Source: an uncultured delta proteobacterium | GTDB taxonomy: Bacteria > Myxococcota_A > Polyangia > Polyangiales > Polyangiaceae | DNA length: 64,000 nucleotides | Assembly: GCA_963841435.1 (NCBI GenBank) | Contig: CAWJCS010000005.1 | Span: 1,248,001-1,312,000, forward strand | Direction of reading: 5' to 3' | In this document: positions 8,398-18,009 of the stretch, piece after piece | Numbering within the stretch: position 1 is the first letter of the stretch | Layout: every line of letters starts with the position of its first letter | Translations under genes and position numbers: made by a program | The notes under the pieces: model-generated | Database searches by the model: none | The model's input: the letters and a program-made list of their open reading frames with translations, nothing else | Told to the model about the DNA's origin: nothing

Positions 8398-10572
8398 TCA
8401 GTACCGTAGCTCCAGGCGCTTTCCCGTCACCGAAAGCTCGACCGCCAGCGGCGCCTGGCCCGTCAGGGCAACGCTGCGCGCGTCCGGCTGACTGCCACCG
8501 ATCGTCACCCGGAATTTCCCTGGTTCGAGCACGCGCTGCCCGGCCTCGTCGATGAGCGAGAGCGCTCGCGGCGTGAGCTCGAACGTCACGCGCCGCGACT
8601 CGCCCGGCGCGAGCGTGATGCGCTCGAAACCACGAAGGTCGTGGTGCGGCACGCGGCACGACGCCTCGAGGTCCTTCACGTAAAGCTCGACGACCTCGTC
8701 GCTCGTGCGGTCGCCGACGTTTTCGACGGTGGCCGACACCTGGACGTTTTCGCCAGCACCGATGCTGTCGCGGGACAGCGCGATGTCCGAATACGCAAAG
8801 CGCGTGTACGAAAGGCCGAAACCGAAGGGATAGAGCGGCTCGCGCTCGAGGTACCGGTATGTGCGCCCACGCATGTCGTAGCTCGCAAAGTCGGGCACGT
8901 CGGCGAGCGAGCGCGGGAAGGTGATGGGCAGGCGCCCCGCGGGGCTGTAGGCGCCGAACAGCACGTCGGCGAGCGCCGTGCCGGCAGCCTGCCCGGGATA
9001 CCAAGCCTGGAGGATGGCGGCCGCGTGCTCGTCGGCCCAGCCCACGGCGAGCGCGCTGCCGGCGATCAAAACGACCACCGTCGGCTTGCCGACGGCAACG
9101 ACCTCCTCCAACAACCGTTCTTGGAGGCCCGGCAGCGCGAGCGTGGTCTTGTCGCCCGCCGCGTCCGAGTTGCCGGCGTCCCCCTGCTCGCCCTCGATCT
9201 CCGCGTCGAGCCCGAGACAGAGCACGACGACGTCGGCGCGCTCGGCCATGCTCACGGCTTCGCTGAGGATCCCCGAGCGCCCGAGCCCCTCGGCGCGGTC
9301 GCCGGTGCGCCGGCATCCCTCGGCGTACCAGACCTTCGTGTGCGAAAAGACGGCGGCACGAATGCCCGCGAGCGGCGTGACCGAGCGTGACGGCGTGCCG
9401 TGATAGTTGCCGACGAGCACCGCGAGATCATCGGCGTTCGGCCCGATCACGGCGATGCTGCGAATATCACGCGAGAGCGGGAGGAGAGCGTTCGCGTTCT
9501 TCAAAAGGACGATCGACTCGCGTGTCGTCACGAGCGCGAGCTCGGCGTGCCGCTCGGAATCGTTCACCTCGTAGGGGATCTTCGCGTAGGGGACGCGATC
9601 GTTCGGATCGAACATGCCGAGCTCGAAGCGCGCACCAAAGAGCCGCTCGAGCGACCGGTCGAGGTCGGCTTCCGTGAGCAGCCCATGCTCGACCGCCGCG
9701 GGCAGGTGCTCGTAGGCGCATCCGCAGTTGAGGTCGCAGCCCGCCTTGACGGCGAGCGCCGCCGACTCCTCCCACGAGGCGGTCACCTGGTGACTCTCGT
9801 GGAAATCCTTGATGGCCCAGCAGTCGCTGACGACGTATCCCAGAAAGCCCCAGGTGCCGCGCAACACCTCGCCGAGCAGCGTCTCACTCGCGCAGCAGGG
9901 CTCGCCGTTCGTCCTGTTGTACGCGCCCATGATGCTCTTCGCGCGGGCCTCGACGATGCAGGCATGAAAGGCTGGAAGGTACGTTTCGTAGAGATCCTTC
10001 GGTGAGGCGTGGGCGTCGAAGCTGTGGCGCAGGCCCTCCGGGCCGCTGTGAACGGCGAAGTGCTTCGGCGTGGCGACGACCTTCAGGTACTTCGGGTCGT
10101 CGCCCTGCAAGCCGCGACAGAACGCGACTCCGAGCCGGCTCGTGAGGTGCGGGCACTCGCCGTACGTCTCGTGACCGCGGCCCCAGCGGGGGTCACGAAA
10201 GATGTTGATGTTGGGGCTCCAGTAGGTGAGGCCCTGGTAGTAGCCGCGGTCGTCGTGGCGGGCGAACTCGTGATGCTTGGCGCGTGCCTCGTCGCTCACG
10301 GCGACGGCCACCTCGTGCAGGCGCCGCTCGCTCCACATCGCCGCGAGCCCGATGGCCTGCGGAAACACCGTGGCGATGCCCGCGCGCGCCACGCCGTGCA
10401 GCCCCTCGTTCCACCAGTTGTACGCCGGGATGCCGAGCCTCGGCACCGCGGGCGCTTCGTGCAGCATCTGGCCGGCCTTCTCGGCGAGCGTCAGGCGCTT
10501 GATCAGGTCTTCGACGCGCGCCTCGCGCGAGAAATCTGGATTTTGGAACGGAAAGGCAGGCGGCGCCGGCAT
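8398..10572 (-). CDS. Beta-xylosidase / beta-glucosidase, glycoside hydrolase family 3 (no signal peptide)
   Basis: WWNEGLHGV, WSPNINIFRDPRWGRGHETYGE, KHFAVHSGPE, VVSDCWAI (nucleophile), EGEQGD, and a C-terminal Fn3-like domain. Confidence 0.95.
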   Translation of the reverse strand: MPAPPAFPFQNPDFSREARVEDLIKRLTLAEKAGQMLHEAPAVPRLGIPAYNWWNEGLHGVARAGIATVFPQAIGLAAMWSERRLHEVAVAVSDEARAKHHEFARHDDRGYYQGLTYWSPNINIFRDPRWGRGHETYGECPHLTSRLGVAFCRGLQGDDPKYLKVVATPKHFAVHSGPEGLRHSFDAHASPKDLYETYLPAFHACIVEARAKSIMGAYNRTNGEPCCASETLLGEVLRGTWGFLGYVVSDCWAIKDFHESHQVTASWEESAALAVKAGCDLNCGCAYEHLPAAVEHGLLTEADLDRSLERLFGARFELGMFDPNDRVPYAKIPYEVNDSERHAELALVTTRESIVLLKNANALLPLSRDIRSIAVIGPNADDLAVLVGNYHGTPSRSVTPLAGIRAAVFSHTKVWYAEGCRRTGDRAEGLGRSGILSEAVSMAERADVVVLCLGLDAEIEGEQGDAGNSDAAGDKTTLALPGLQERLLEEVVAVGKPTVVVLIAGSALAVGWADEHAAAILQAWYPGQAAGTALADVLFGAYSPAGRLPITFPRSLADVPDFASYDMRGRTYRYLEREPLYPFGFGLSYTRFAYSDIALSRDSIGAGENVQVSATVENVGDRTSDEVVELYVKDLEASCRVPHHDLRGFERITLAPGESRRVTFELTPRALSLIDEAGQRVLEPGKFRVTIGGSQPDARSVALTGQAPLAVELSVTGKRLELRY

Positions 10573-10716
10573 GGGTGCGGGGCTCGGTTTTTACCACGGC
10601 TCGCGTCCCGCGAGCGCGACGCTTGGCGCGTTGGGCGTCGTTGCGAGGCGGCCGTCCGCGCAGCGAGGGGGCTCTCGGCGAGCAACCGATCGCCAGTTGC
10701 TCGTTTTTTGCCGCGC

Positions 10717-11730
10717 TCACACGGAGCGAACAGGGCTCGAGTCCGGTGGTGGCGCGGCGGCGGTGAGCCCCATGAAGCGACGGACGTGGAGGATGCTCGG
10801 CGGCCCGGCCACGAAGGCATAGCCGAGGGCGACCACGCGCTCGAGACTCGCCGCGGCGACGCCCATCGCCGGGGAGTAGCCGATGGCTGCCGACAGGCCG
10901 CCGAGCACGAGCTCGCGCAGGCCGATATTGCTCGGTACCAAGTTCACGACCGACATCAGGATCGCGGCCGAGCCGATGAGCGTCATGGCAAGCGGCGAGA
11001 CGGGGATGCCGAGGGCGTCGAAGCAGAGCCAGAGCCTGAGCGTGTTGAGACCGAGCTTGACGAGCGAGCTCACGAAGAGCACCAAAAGCCCCTCGCCGCG
11101 ACCCCGGATCAGCGCGAGACCCTCCGACAGGGTCCTGAGCTTTTTCGCCACGAAGCCCGGACCGCGCGGCGCCCAGCCGACGGGCAGCGAAAGGGCCAGA
11201 GCCCCCGCAACCGTCAACCCCGCGAGCGGGACGACGAGCGGCAGGGTGAAAACGGCGCGCTTCGAGAGCGCGAGCACGGCCGCGAGCCCACAGGCCGCGG
11301 CCACCGTCGCGTTGACGACCGCCCCGACCATGAGTGTCCCGACGTAGGAGGTGTACCTCAGGTCGTGGCGGCGGCGGAGCACGACCGCACGGGCGACGGA
11401 GCCGGCGCTGAGCGGCAGGTAGTTGAGCAGCATGGCGGCCCCAGTCAGCGCCAGACCGTCGGCAAAGCGTTCCGGGACGCCGAGGCGCCGCAGCATGTAG
11501 TTGAGCTCGAAGGTGCGCTGCAGGTGCGAGAGCATCAGAAGCACGACGATGGCCCCGAGCTCGGCCCAGTCGAGATCGAACGCGTGCTCGATCTCGGCAT
11601 GACGGAGCCAGAGCGTGCGCACCAGGTAGGCGATGAACGCTGCCGCGAGCACCACGGGCAAGAGCTTGCGAACGGGCGAAGCGGCGCCGGGGCTGCCGGA
11701 CTGGCTCTTTTCTCCGGTGAGGCGGGACAA
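10717..11730 (-). CDS. Lysylphosphatidylglycerol-synthase TM-domain / UPF0104 flippase-like membrane protein
   Basis: Multi-TM protein with NYLPLSAGSVARA and PSNIGLRE motifs typical of the family. Confidence 0.75.
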   Translation of the reverse strand: MSRLTGEKSQSGSPGAASPVRKLLPVVLAAAFIAYLVRTLWLRHAEIEHAFDLDWAELGAIVVLLMLSHLQRTFELNYMLRRLGVPERFADGLALTGAAMLLNYLPLSAGSVARAVVLRRRHDLRYTSYVGTLMVGAVVNATVAAACGLAAVLALSKRAVFTLPLVVPLAGLTVAGALALSLPVGWAPRGPGFVAKKLRTLSEGLALIRGRGEGLLVLFVSSLVKLGLNTLRLWLCFDALGIPVSPLAMTLIGSAAILMSVVNLVPSNIGLRELVLGGLSAAIGYSPAMGVAAASLERVVALGYAFVAGPPSILHVRRFMGLTAAAPPPDSSPVRSV

Positions 11731-11817
11731 GCGGTACCCCTATTCCCAGGCTCTTAGCATGCGCCCCGCGCTCGGCGCGCGGTTGCTGCCCCCCGGGGCC
11801 GATCCTAGCCTCGTGCC

Positions 11818-13935
11818 GTGAACGACCGCCATGCTCCGCCCGACGACGACGGCTACCGGCTGTGGCTCCGGTACGAGCCCGTCGCGGGGCCACGCCTCGT
11901 CGAGTATCGCTCGCTCTTCACCGAGATCGTCGCTCCCGGCGGAGCGCCCACGCGCGAGGCGGCCCGCAGCGAGCTCGCACGCGGCCTCGCCGGCATCACG
12001 GCTCACCGCGTCCCGTTTGCGGGCGCTCCGTACGAGACCGGCGCCGTGATTGCGGGCACGCCGCAGTCTTCGCAGCTCGTCGCCGGCCTCGGCCTGGACG
12101 CGACGCTCGCGACGCTCGGGCCCGAAGGCTACCTGATCCGCCGCAGCGACGTGCTCGGCCGGCCTGCGACCGTGATCGCGTCGAGCACCGACGTGGGCGT
12201 GCTCTACGGCGTCTTCCACTTGCTCCGGCTGCTGCAAACGCAGACCGACGTGCGGCACCTCTCCATCGAGAGCAAGCCGCGCATTCGACACCGTCTCTTG
12301 AATCACTGGGACAATCTGGACCGCACCATCGAGCGCGGCTACGCCGGGTTCTCGCGCTGGGACTGGCAGAAGCTGCCCGGCTGGGTCGGAGACGACATCA
12401 CGGACTACGCCCGTGCCGACGCCTCGATCGGTATCAACGGCGCCGCCCTCACGAACGTCAATGCGAACGCGCTGATCCTGACCCCGGAATGGCTCGACAA
12501 GGTCGCCGCGCTAGCGGATACGCTCCGACCCTGGGGCGTTCGGGCGTACCTCACGGCGCGCTTCGACGCGCCGGTCGAGCGCGGTGCGCTGCGAACCGCG
12601 GACCCGCTGGACGGCGACGTGCAGGCGTTCTGGCGCCGAACGGCCGAGGCCATCTACCGGCGCATCCCGGACTTCGGCGGGTTCGTCGTGAAGGCGAACT
12701 CCGAGGGGCAGCCGGGCCCCCAGGACTACGGCCGCAGCCACGCCGACGGCGCGAACCTGCTCGCCGACGCGCTCGCCCCGCACGGCGGCACGGTGTTCTG
12801 GCGTGCGTTCGTCTACTCGAACGAGGTGCCCGTCGATCGGGCGCGCCAGGCGTACGAGGAGCTCGTCCCGCTCGACGGCGCCTTCCGCGAAAACGTCATC
12901 GTGCAGGTGAAAAATGGGCCGATCGATTTTCAGCCGCGCGAGCCGTTCCACCCGCTGTTCGGCGCGATGCCGAAGACGCCGCTCGCGCTCGAGCTGATGA
13001 TCACGCAGGAGTACCTCGGGTTTTCGACGCACCTCGTCTACCTGGGGCCGCTGTTCGAGGAGTGCCTGCGCTCGGATACGCACGCGAGCGGCCCGGGGTC
13101 GACGGTCGCCCGGATCGTCGACGGGACGCTCGAGGGGCACGAGCGGAGCGCCATGGTCGGCGTCGCCAACATCGGCACCGATCGAAACTGGTGCGGGCAC
13201 CCGTGCGCGGCGGCAAACTGGTACGCCTTCGGGCGGCTCGCGTGGGATCACGAGCTTTCTTCGGCGAAGATCGCCGAAGAGTGGCTACGCATGACGTTCA
13301 CGAACGACCGCGACTTCGTCGAGGGCGGAAAGGACATCTTGCTCGCCTCGCGGGAGGCCGCGGTCGACTACATGACGCCGCTCGGCCTGCACCACCTGAT
13401 GGCGCGCGATCACCACTACGGCCCGGGCCCCTGGGTCGAAGGCGGCAAGCGCGCCGACTGGACGAGCGTCTACTACCACCGCGCCGACGAGGCCGGCCTC
13501 GGGTTCGACCGTTCGGCAACGGGGAGCAACGCCGTCGCGCAGTACCACGGCGTGCTCGCCGAGCGCTTCGGGCGGCTCGAATCGTGCCCCGAGGAGCTCC
13601 TGCTCTGGTTCCATCACGTCAGCTGGGATCACCGCCTCGCCTCGGGAGACACGCTGTGGGAGTCACTCTGCCGCACGTATTACGAGGGCGTGGCGAGCGT
13701 CGCGAGGATGCGAAGCCAGTGGGACGCGTTCCGAGGCCTCATCGACGACGCGCGTTTCCGACACGTCAAGGCTTTGCTGGCGATGCAAGAGCAGGAGGCA
13801 CGCTGGTGGCGCGACGCGTGCGTCCTCTATTTCCAGACGTTCTCGAAGCGCGAGCTACCCGAGGGCTTGGAGCCGCCGCTTGGCACGCTCGCCGACTACC
13901 GAGCCATCGAGCATCGCTTCGTGCCCGGCATCTGA
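11818..13935 (+). CDS. aguA: Alpha-glucuronidase, glycoside hydrolase family 67
   Basis: DGYRLWLRY, LNHWDNLDRTIERGYAG, VKANSEGQPGP, QVKNGPIDFQPREP, ITQEYLG, LLLWFHH, WWRDAC. Confidence 0.96.
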   Translation: MNDRHAPPDDDGYRLWLRYEPVAGPRLVEYRSLFTEIVAPGGAPTREAARSELARGLAGITAHRVPFAGAPYETGAVIAGTPQSSQLVAGLGLDATLATLGPEGYLIRRSDVLGRPATVIASSTDVGVLYGVFHLLRLLQTQTDVRHLSIESKPRIRHRLLNHWDNLDRTIERGYAGFSRWDWQKLPGWVGDDITDYARADASIGINGAALTNVNANALILTPEWLDKVAALADTLRPWGVRAYLTARFDAPVERGALRTADPLDGDVQAFWRRTAEAIYRRIPDFGGFVVKANSEGQPGPQDYGRSHADGANLLADALAPHGGTVFWRAFVYSNEVPVDRARQAYEELVPLDGAFRENVIVQVKNGPIDFQPREPFHPLFGAMPKTPLALELMITQEYLGFSTHLVYLGPLFEECLRSDTHASGPGSTVARIVDGTLEGHERSAMVGVANIGTDRNWCGHPCAAANWYAFGRLAWDHELSSAKIAEEWLRMTFTNDRDFVEGGKDILLASREAAVDYMTPLGLHHLMARDHHYGPGPWVEGGKRADWTSVYYHRADEAGLGFDRSATGSNAVAQYHGVLAERFGRLESCPEELLLWFHHVSWDHRLASGDTLWESLCRTYYEGVASVARMRSQWDAFRGLIDDARFRHVKALLAMQEQEARWWRDACVLYFQTFSKRELPEGLEPPLGTLADYRAIEHRFVPGI

Positions 13936-13938
13936 CGC

Positions 13939-14460
13939 TCAGCCCTTGAGCACGGCTAGCCGCTCGCGGTGCCGAGCCTGCGACGCGTTGTAGTCGCCTT
14001 GGCCGAGGCCGAGCGCCGTCGTGATGCGGCGCAGGAGGTTCGTCTCGGGCGTCGTGATGCTTCCGTCGGCGGCCGCCAGATCGACGAGCGCATCGAGCAC
14101 CTCACGACGCAGCTCGACGTCACCGAGCTCGCGCAGGGCACGCGTGTAGCGCGGCAGCTCCACCGTCGCTGCCGTGACGACGTGGCGTCGCAGCGCGTCG
14201 CAGACGGCATCGACCCCCTGCTGGGTCATGCCCTGGACCCGACCGAGCGCCACACGGACCAAATCCTCCTCGTTCTGCGAGTAGTCGCGATCGGCGTAGG
14301 CCACGGCGGCGAGCAGCCCGGCGAGCGCCCCAACGACGCGCACGGTTTCGTCGTCGGCACCGGGCAGGTGCTCGCGCACTCGCTCCAGGATCTCCGACGT
14401 GCCTTCATCGGGCTCTTCGTTCTGCCCGCGAGTGAGCCAGCGACCGAACATTCGGTCCAT
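13939..14460 (-). CDS. TerB family (tellurite-resistance/DjlA N-terminal-like) protein
   Basis: VAYADRDYSQNE and LAAADGSITTPE duplicated acidic motifs. Confidence 0.8.
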   Translation of the reverse strand: MDRMFGRWLTRGQNEEPDEGTSEILERVREHLPGADDETVRVVGALAGLLAAVAYADRDYSQNEEDLVRVALGRVQGMTQQGVDAVCDALRRHVVTAATVELPRYTRALRELGDVELRREVLDALVDLAAADGSITTPETNLLRRITTALGLGQGDYNASQARHRERLAVLKG

Positions 14461-14768
14461 GCTGCCGCATCGACGGCAGAATCGCTAGCAAACGTCCCGC
14501 GCGGTCGAGCGGAGCGCTCGGCCCCGGCGCCACCGACCACCCCGGGGCCGGCGGCGCCGGGAGCTCAGGCGCCCACCCCCAACCCACCGTGCGTGCCGGC
14601 TCCGCCGAGGCAGAGCCCGATCCCCCCACGACTCTCAGGACAACGACATGAGACCTGAGGCGATAGGACCACGCCGCTTAGTGCCGGCTTGGCGTCCCAT
14701 CCATCACCCAAAATCGACCCTGACCCGTCAGCATCCTATGCTCCGTCTCGGGTGCCCCCGAAAAGGCC

Positions 14769-15103
14769 ATGAAGATCACGGACGCCAAGGTCATCGTCTG
14801 CTGCCCCGGCCGCAATTTCGTGACGCTGAAGGTCAACGGGCGCGAGCAAGCCGTCACCTGGCGGCGTCGATCCATGTCGATCTCGCCCTGAACAATTTCG
14901 GAATTCAGGAGTCCATGCCGCACGACCCCGTGGTGAACGAAGTGTTCTCCACCAACTATCGCTTCGAGGGGGGCTATCTCACGATCGACGACCGACCGGG
15001 CATCGGCGTCGAGATCGACGAGGAACAGGCCAAAAGGTACCCGTATCAAATGGCGTCGTTGCCCGTCGCCCGGAAGCAGCATGGAACAATCTTCCACTGG
15101 TAG
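14769..15103 (+). pseudogene. manD: Internally deleted D-mannonate dehydratase (ManD/RspA, enolase superfamily) remnant
   Basis: N-terminus MKITDAKVIVCCPGRNFVTLKV-NGREQAV is joined out of frame to the C-terminus LAASIHVDLALNNFGIQE...[33 protein letters not shown]. Most of the central part is missing. Confidence 0.85.
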
Positions 15104-15188
15104 TGTGCGCTCGAAGCGCCAGCACCCCGCGGGGTTGCGGCGAGCGGGCGCATCCGAGCACCCGCGCTCGCGTGCTATCCTCTCATTC

Positions 15189-16169
15189 ATGCCGCGAGCG
15201 ACAGGCGTGCTGTCGAGAGCCATGGGCGTGACCGCAGTGGTCGCCTGGCTTCTCGGTGGCTGCAGCAGCAAGGAGAACGACTTCTTCTCCAACAAGCCCG
15301 GCGCGGGGGGCCTCGGGGAAAGCGGTGGCGGCGCAGGATCGAGCGGGACCGGAGGCAGCGGCGACAATGGCGGCATCGGCGGCAGCGCGGGGGACGAAAC
15401 GGGCGGCACCTCGGCGACGGGCGGCAGCGCGGGCTCGACTGGTGCCGACGGCGGCACCGGTGCGAGCTCGGGCAACGGCGATGGCGGCGCCGGTGCAAGC
15501 TCGGGCGCAGGCGGAGGCTCGGGCGCGGGCGGAGACTCGGGCACGGGCGGTCAGGCTGGGACTGGAGGCGGCGCCGGCTCCGGAGGCAACGGAGGCACGT
15601 CCGGCAGCGGCGGGACGCTCGGTGGCACGTCCGGCGAGGCCGGCGCGGGGGACACGGGGGCAGGCGGCGACCCCGGGCACGGCTGCGCGAGCGACGCTGA
15701 CTGCGCGGGCGACACCGAGTATTGCAACAAGCCGAGCTGCGGAGCGACGGACGGTCAGTGCGAGCCGCGCCCCACGAGCTGCACGGGCGCGGAAGCGGCT
15801 TTCACGCCGGTCTGCGGCTGCGACGGCATGACGTACTACAGCCCCTGCGTCGCCGCGCGCGAGGGCGTGAACGTCACCGCCACAGGCGAGTGCCCCACGG
15901 ACGGCGCGGCCGGATGCACGCGCCTCGAGGGCGGCGCGTCGTGCAAGCCGTCGCGGAGCCACGCGCGCTGCTACCGCCCGCGTGACAACTGCCAGGGTCA
16001 AAGCTCGCCCACGACGGGCGTTTGCTGGGTGTTACCCGACGAGTGCCCGGACGAGCCGGCGGATCAACGCTACTGCGGCGGCACCGCCGGCAACGCGCGG
16101 TGCCTCGGGCTCTGCCAGGCGATCGACGACGAGAATCCGTTTTATCGAGACGCGCCGCAGTGTCAGTGA
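15189..16169 (+). CDS. Lipoprotein with long Gly-rich linker and Cys-rich (Kazal-like) C-terminal domain
   Basis: Lipobox LLGGC, Gly/Ser/Thr linker of over 100 aa, Kazal-like motif [14 protein letters not shown]. Confidence 0.75.
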   Translation: MPRATGVLSRAMGVTAVVAWLLGGCSSKENDFFSNKPGAGGLGESGGGAGSSGTGGSGDNGGIGGSAGDETGGTSATGGSAGSTGADGGTGASSGNGDGGAGASSGAGGGSGAGGDSGTGGQAGTGGGAGSGGNGGTSGSGGTLGGTSGEAGAGDTGAGGDPGHGCASDADCAGDTEYCNKPSCGATDGQCEPRPTSCTGAEAAFTPVCGCDGMTYYSPCVAAREGVNVTATGECPTDGAAGCTRLEGGASCKPSRSHARCYRPRDNCQGQSSPTTGVCWVLPDECPDEPADQRYCGGTAGNARCLGLCQAIDDENPFYRDAPQCQ

Positions 16170-16196
16170 GGGCTGGGGCGGCGTTGCGTCTCCTCA

Positions 16197-17126
16197 CTAG
16201 CCCTTGACGGCACCGCTCGTCAGGCCGCCGATGAATTCGCGCTCGAGGGCGAAGAACAGGATGGCCGGCGGGATGATGGCAATCAGCGTTCCGGCCAGGA
16301 ACACGCCGTAGTCGGCGCGGTACAGGCCGAGGTAGAGATTCAGGATCACGGGGAGCGTGAGCTTGTCCTGCGTGTGCAAAAAGATGCTGGGCGCGAAGAA
16401 GGCGTTCCAGTTGCTGAGAAAGGTCACCAGGCAAAACGCAGCGCACATGGGCCGCACGAGCGGCATCACGAGCCGAAGATAGATGCCGAGCTCGCTCGCG
16501 CCGTCGATGCGCCCGGCGTCCATCATCTCGTTCGGGATCGAGATCATGCTCTGCCGGAACAGGAAGATGCCGTACGGCACGACGAGGATCGGCAAGATCA
16601 GGGCTGCGTAGCTATCGACGAGGCCGAGCTTGACGATCATCTCGTAAAGTGGCGCGAGCAGCAGCACCGAGGGGATCATCATCGAGCCGAGCATGAACGT
16701 CATCAGCGCGCGCTTACCGGAGAAGTCGAACTTCGCGAGCGCGTAGCCGGCGGCCGAGCAAAATAGCGTCTGCAACACCGTGATCGTGCTCGTCACGAAC
16801 AGCGAGTTGACCACGTATTGCCAGAAGAACACCTTGCCCTGGATGCTGGCATCGCCCTCGAACAGCCTGCGGAAGTTGTCGAGGTTCATCGTCGTTTGCG
16901 ACCACTCGGCGAGCGGCGGGAAAAAGACGTATTCGTTCTGAACCAGCTTGTCCTTGAAGGCGGACGCGACGAGCCACAAGAAGGGAGCGAGGATGAGGCA
17001 CGCTGCGAAGCCGAGCAGGACCCAGCGAAGATAGGAAATGGCGACCTTGGGCCGCTTGGGCGAGCGTAGCCACAGAACCGCGAAGCCCGCGAACAGCACG
17101 AAACAGGTGAGCCGGAGAGGGTTCAT
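16197..17126 (-). CDS. Carbohydrate ABC transporter permease (MalG/AraQ-like)
   Basis: AGYALAKFDF, EAA loop EMMDAGRIDGAS, FIGGLTSGAVKG end. Confidence 0.93.
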   Translation of the reverse strand: MNPLRLTCFVLFAGFAVLWLRSPKRPKVAISYLRWVLLGFAACLILAPFLWLVASAFKDKLVQNEYVFFPPLAEWSQTTMNLDNFRRLFEGDASIQGKVFFWQYVVNSLFVTSTITVLQTLFCSAAGYALAKFDFSGKRALMTFMLGSMMIPSVLLLAPLYEMIVKLGLVDSYAALILPILVVPYGIFLFRQSMISIPNEMMDAGRIDGASELGIYLRLVMPLVRPMCAAFCLVTFLSNWNAFFAPSIFLHTQDKLTLPVILNLYLGLYRADYGVFLAGTLIAIIPPAILFFALEREFIGGLTSGAVKG

Positions 17127-17132
17127 GATCGC

Positions 17133-18008
17133 TCAGTCCTCCACGACGCCGGAGAAGCGGATCTGCAACGAGCTCAGGGCGAAGATGATGATGGCGACGA
17201 CCCAGCCCACGGCCGAGCCGAGCCCGAGATCACCGGTGACGAAGCCGACGTCGTAGAGGTAGGTGATTACGGTGAGCCCTGCGTTGTCGGGGCCGCGCCC
17301 GTTGCTCTGGGAAAGCAGCGCGAGCGGCAGCTCGAAGAGCTGGTAAGAGCCGATCAGGCTCGTGACGACCACGAACACGACGACGTGGCGCATCGACGGC
17401 AACGTCACGTGCCGGAACACCTGGAAGCGGTTCGCGCCGTCGACGCGGGCAGCCTCCTCGAGCGACTTGTCGACGCTCTGGAGCGCAGCCAAAAAATAGA
17501 TCATGTTGAAGCCCACGTAGAGCCAGAGCGCGGCAATCACGATGGCCGGCATCACGAGCGCCGGGTCGTTGAGCCACTGCTTGTCGAGCCCCCAGCCCAG
17601 GAGCTCCTGCAGGAATCGGTTCACGAGGCCGTAGCGCGGCGTGAAGAGCACGCTGAACAGCACGCCGACGAAGATTTGACCCACGAGGTTCGGTGAAAAC
17701 AGGACCAGCCTGAGAAGCCCGCGCGTCCAACCCTTTCCCGAGTTGAGCAAGAGTGCGAGGCCCATCGAGAGCGGTAGCTGCACGAGCACCGAGCAGGCGG
17801 CGAAGATGGTCGTGTTGACCAGTGCCTTGCCGAAGATCGGATCGGTGAACAAGAATCGGAAGTTGTCGAACCCGACGAAGGCACGCGCGGCAGGGCCGTT
17901 GGTCTGGTAAAATGCGAGAATGGCGGCGTTGATCAGCGGGTAGACGACGAAGACGGCCGTCACCGCCACGTACGGGATCAAGAACAAGTAGGGCGGGCGC
18001 TTTCTCAC
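17133..18008 (-). CDS. Carbohydrate ABC transporter permease (MalF/AraP-like)
   Basis: FVGFDNF, EAA loop LEEAARVDGAN, VTLP. Confidence 0.93.
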   Translation of the reverse strand: MRKRPPYLFLIPYVAVTAVFVVYPLINAAILAFYQTNGPAARAFVGFDNFRFLFTDPIFGKALVNTTIFAACSVLVQLPLSMGLALLLNSGKGWTRGLLRLVLFSPNLVGQIFVGVLFSVLFTPRYGLVNRFLQELLGWGLDKQWLNDPALVMPAIVIAALWLYVGFNMIYFLAALQSVDKSLEEAARVDGANRFQVFRHVTLPSMRHVVVFVVVTSLIGSYQLFELPLALLSQSNGRGPDNAGLTVITYLYDVGFVTGDLGLGSAVGWVVAIIIFALSSLQIRFSGVVED

Positions 18009-18009
18009 G

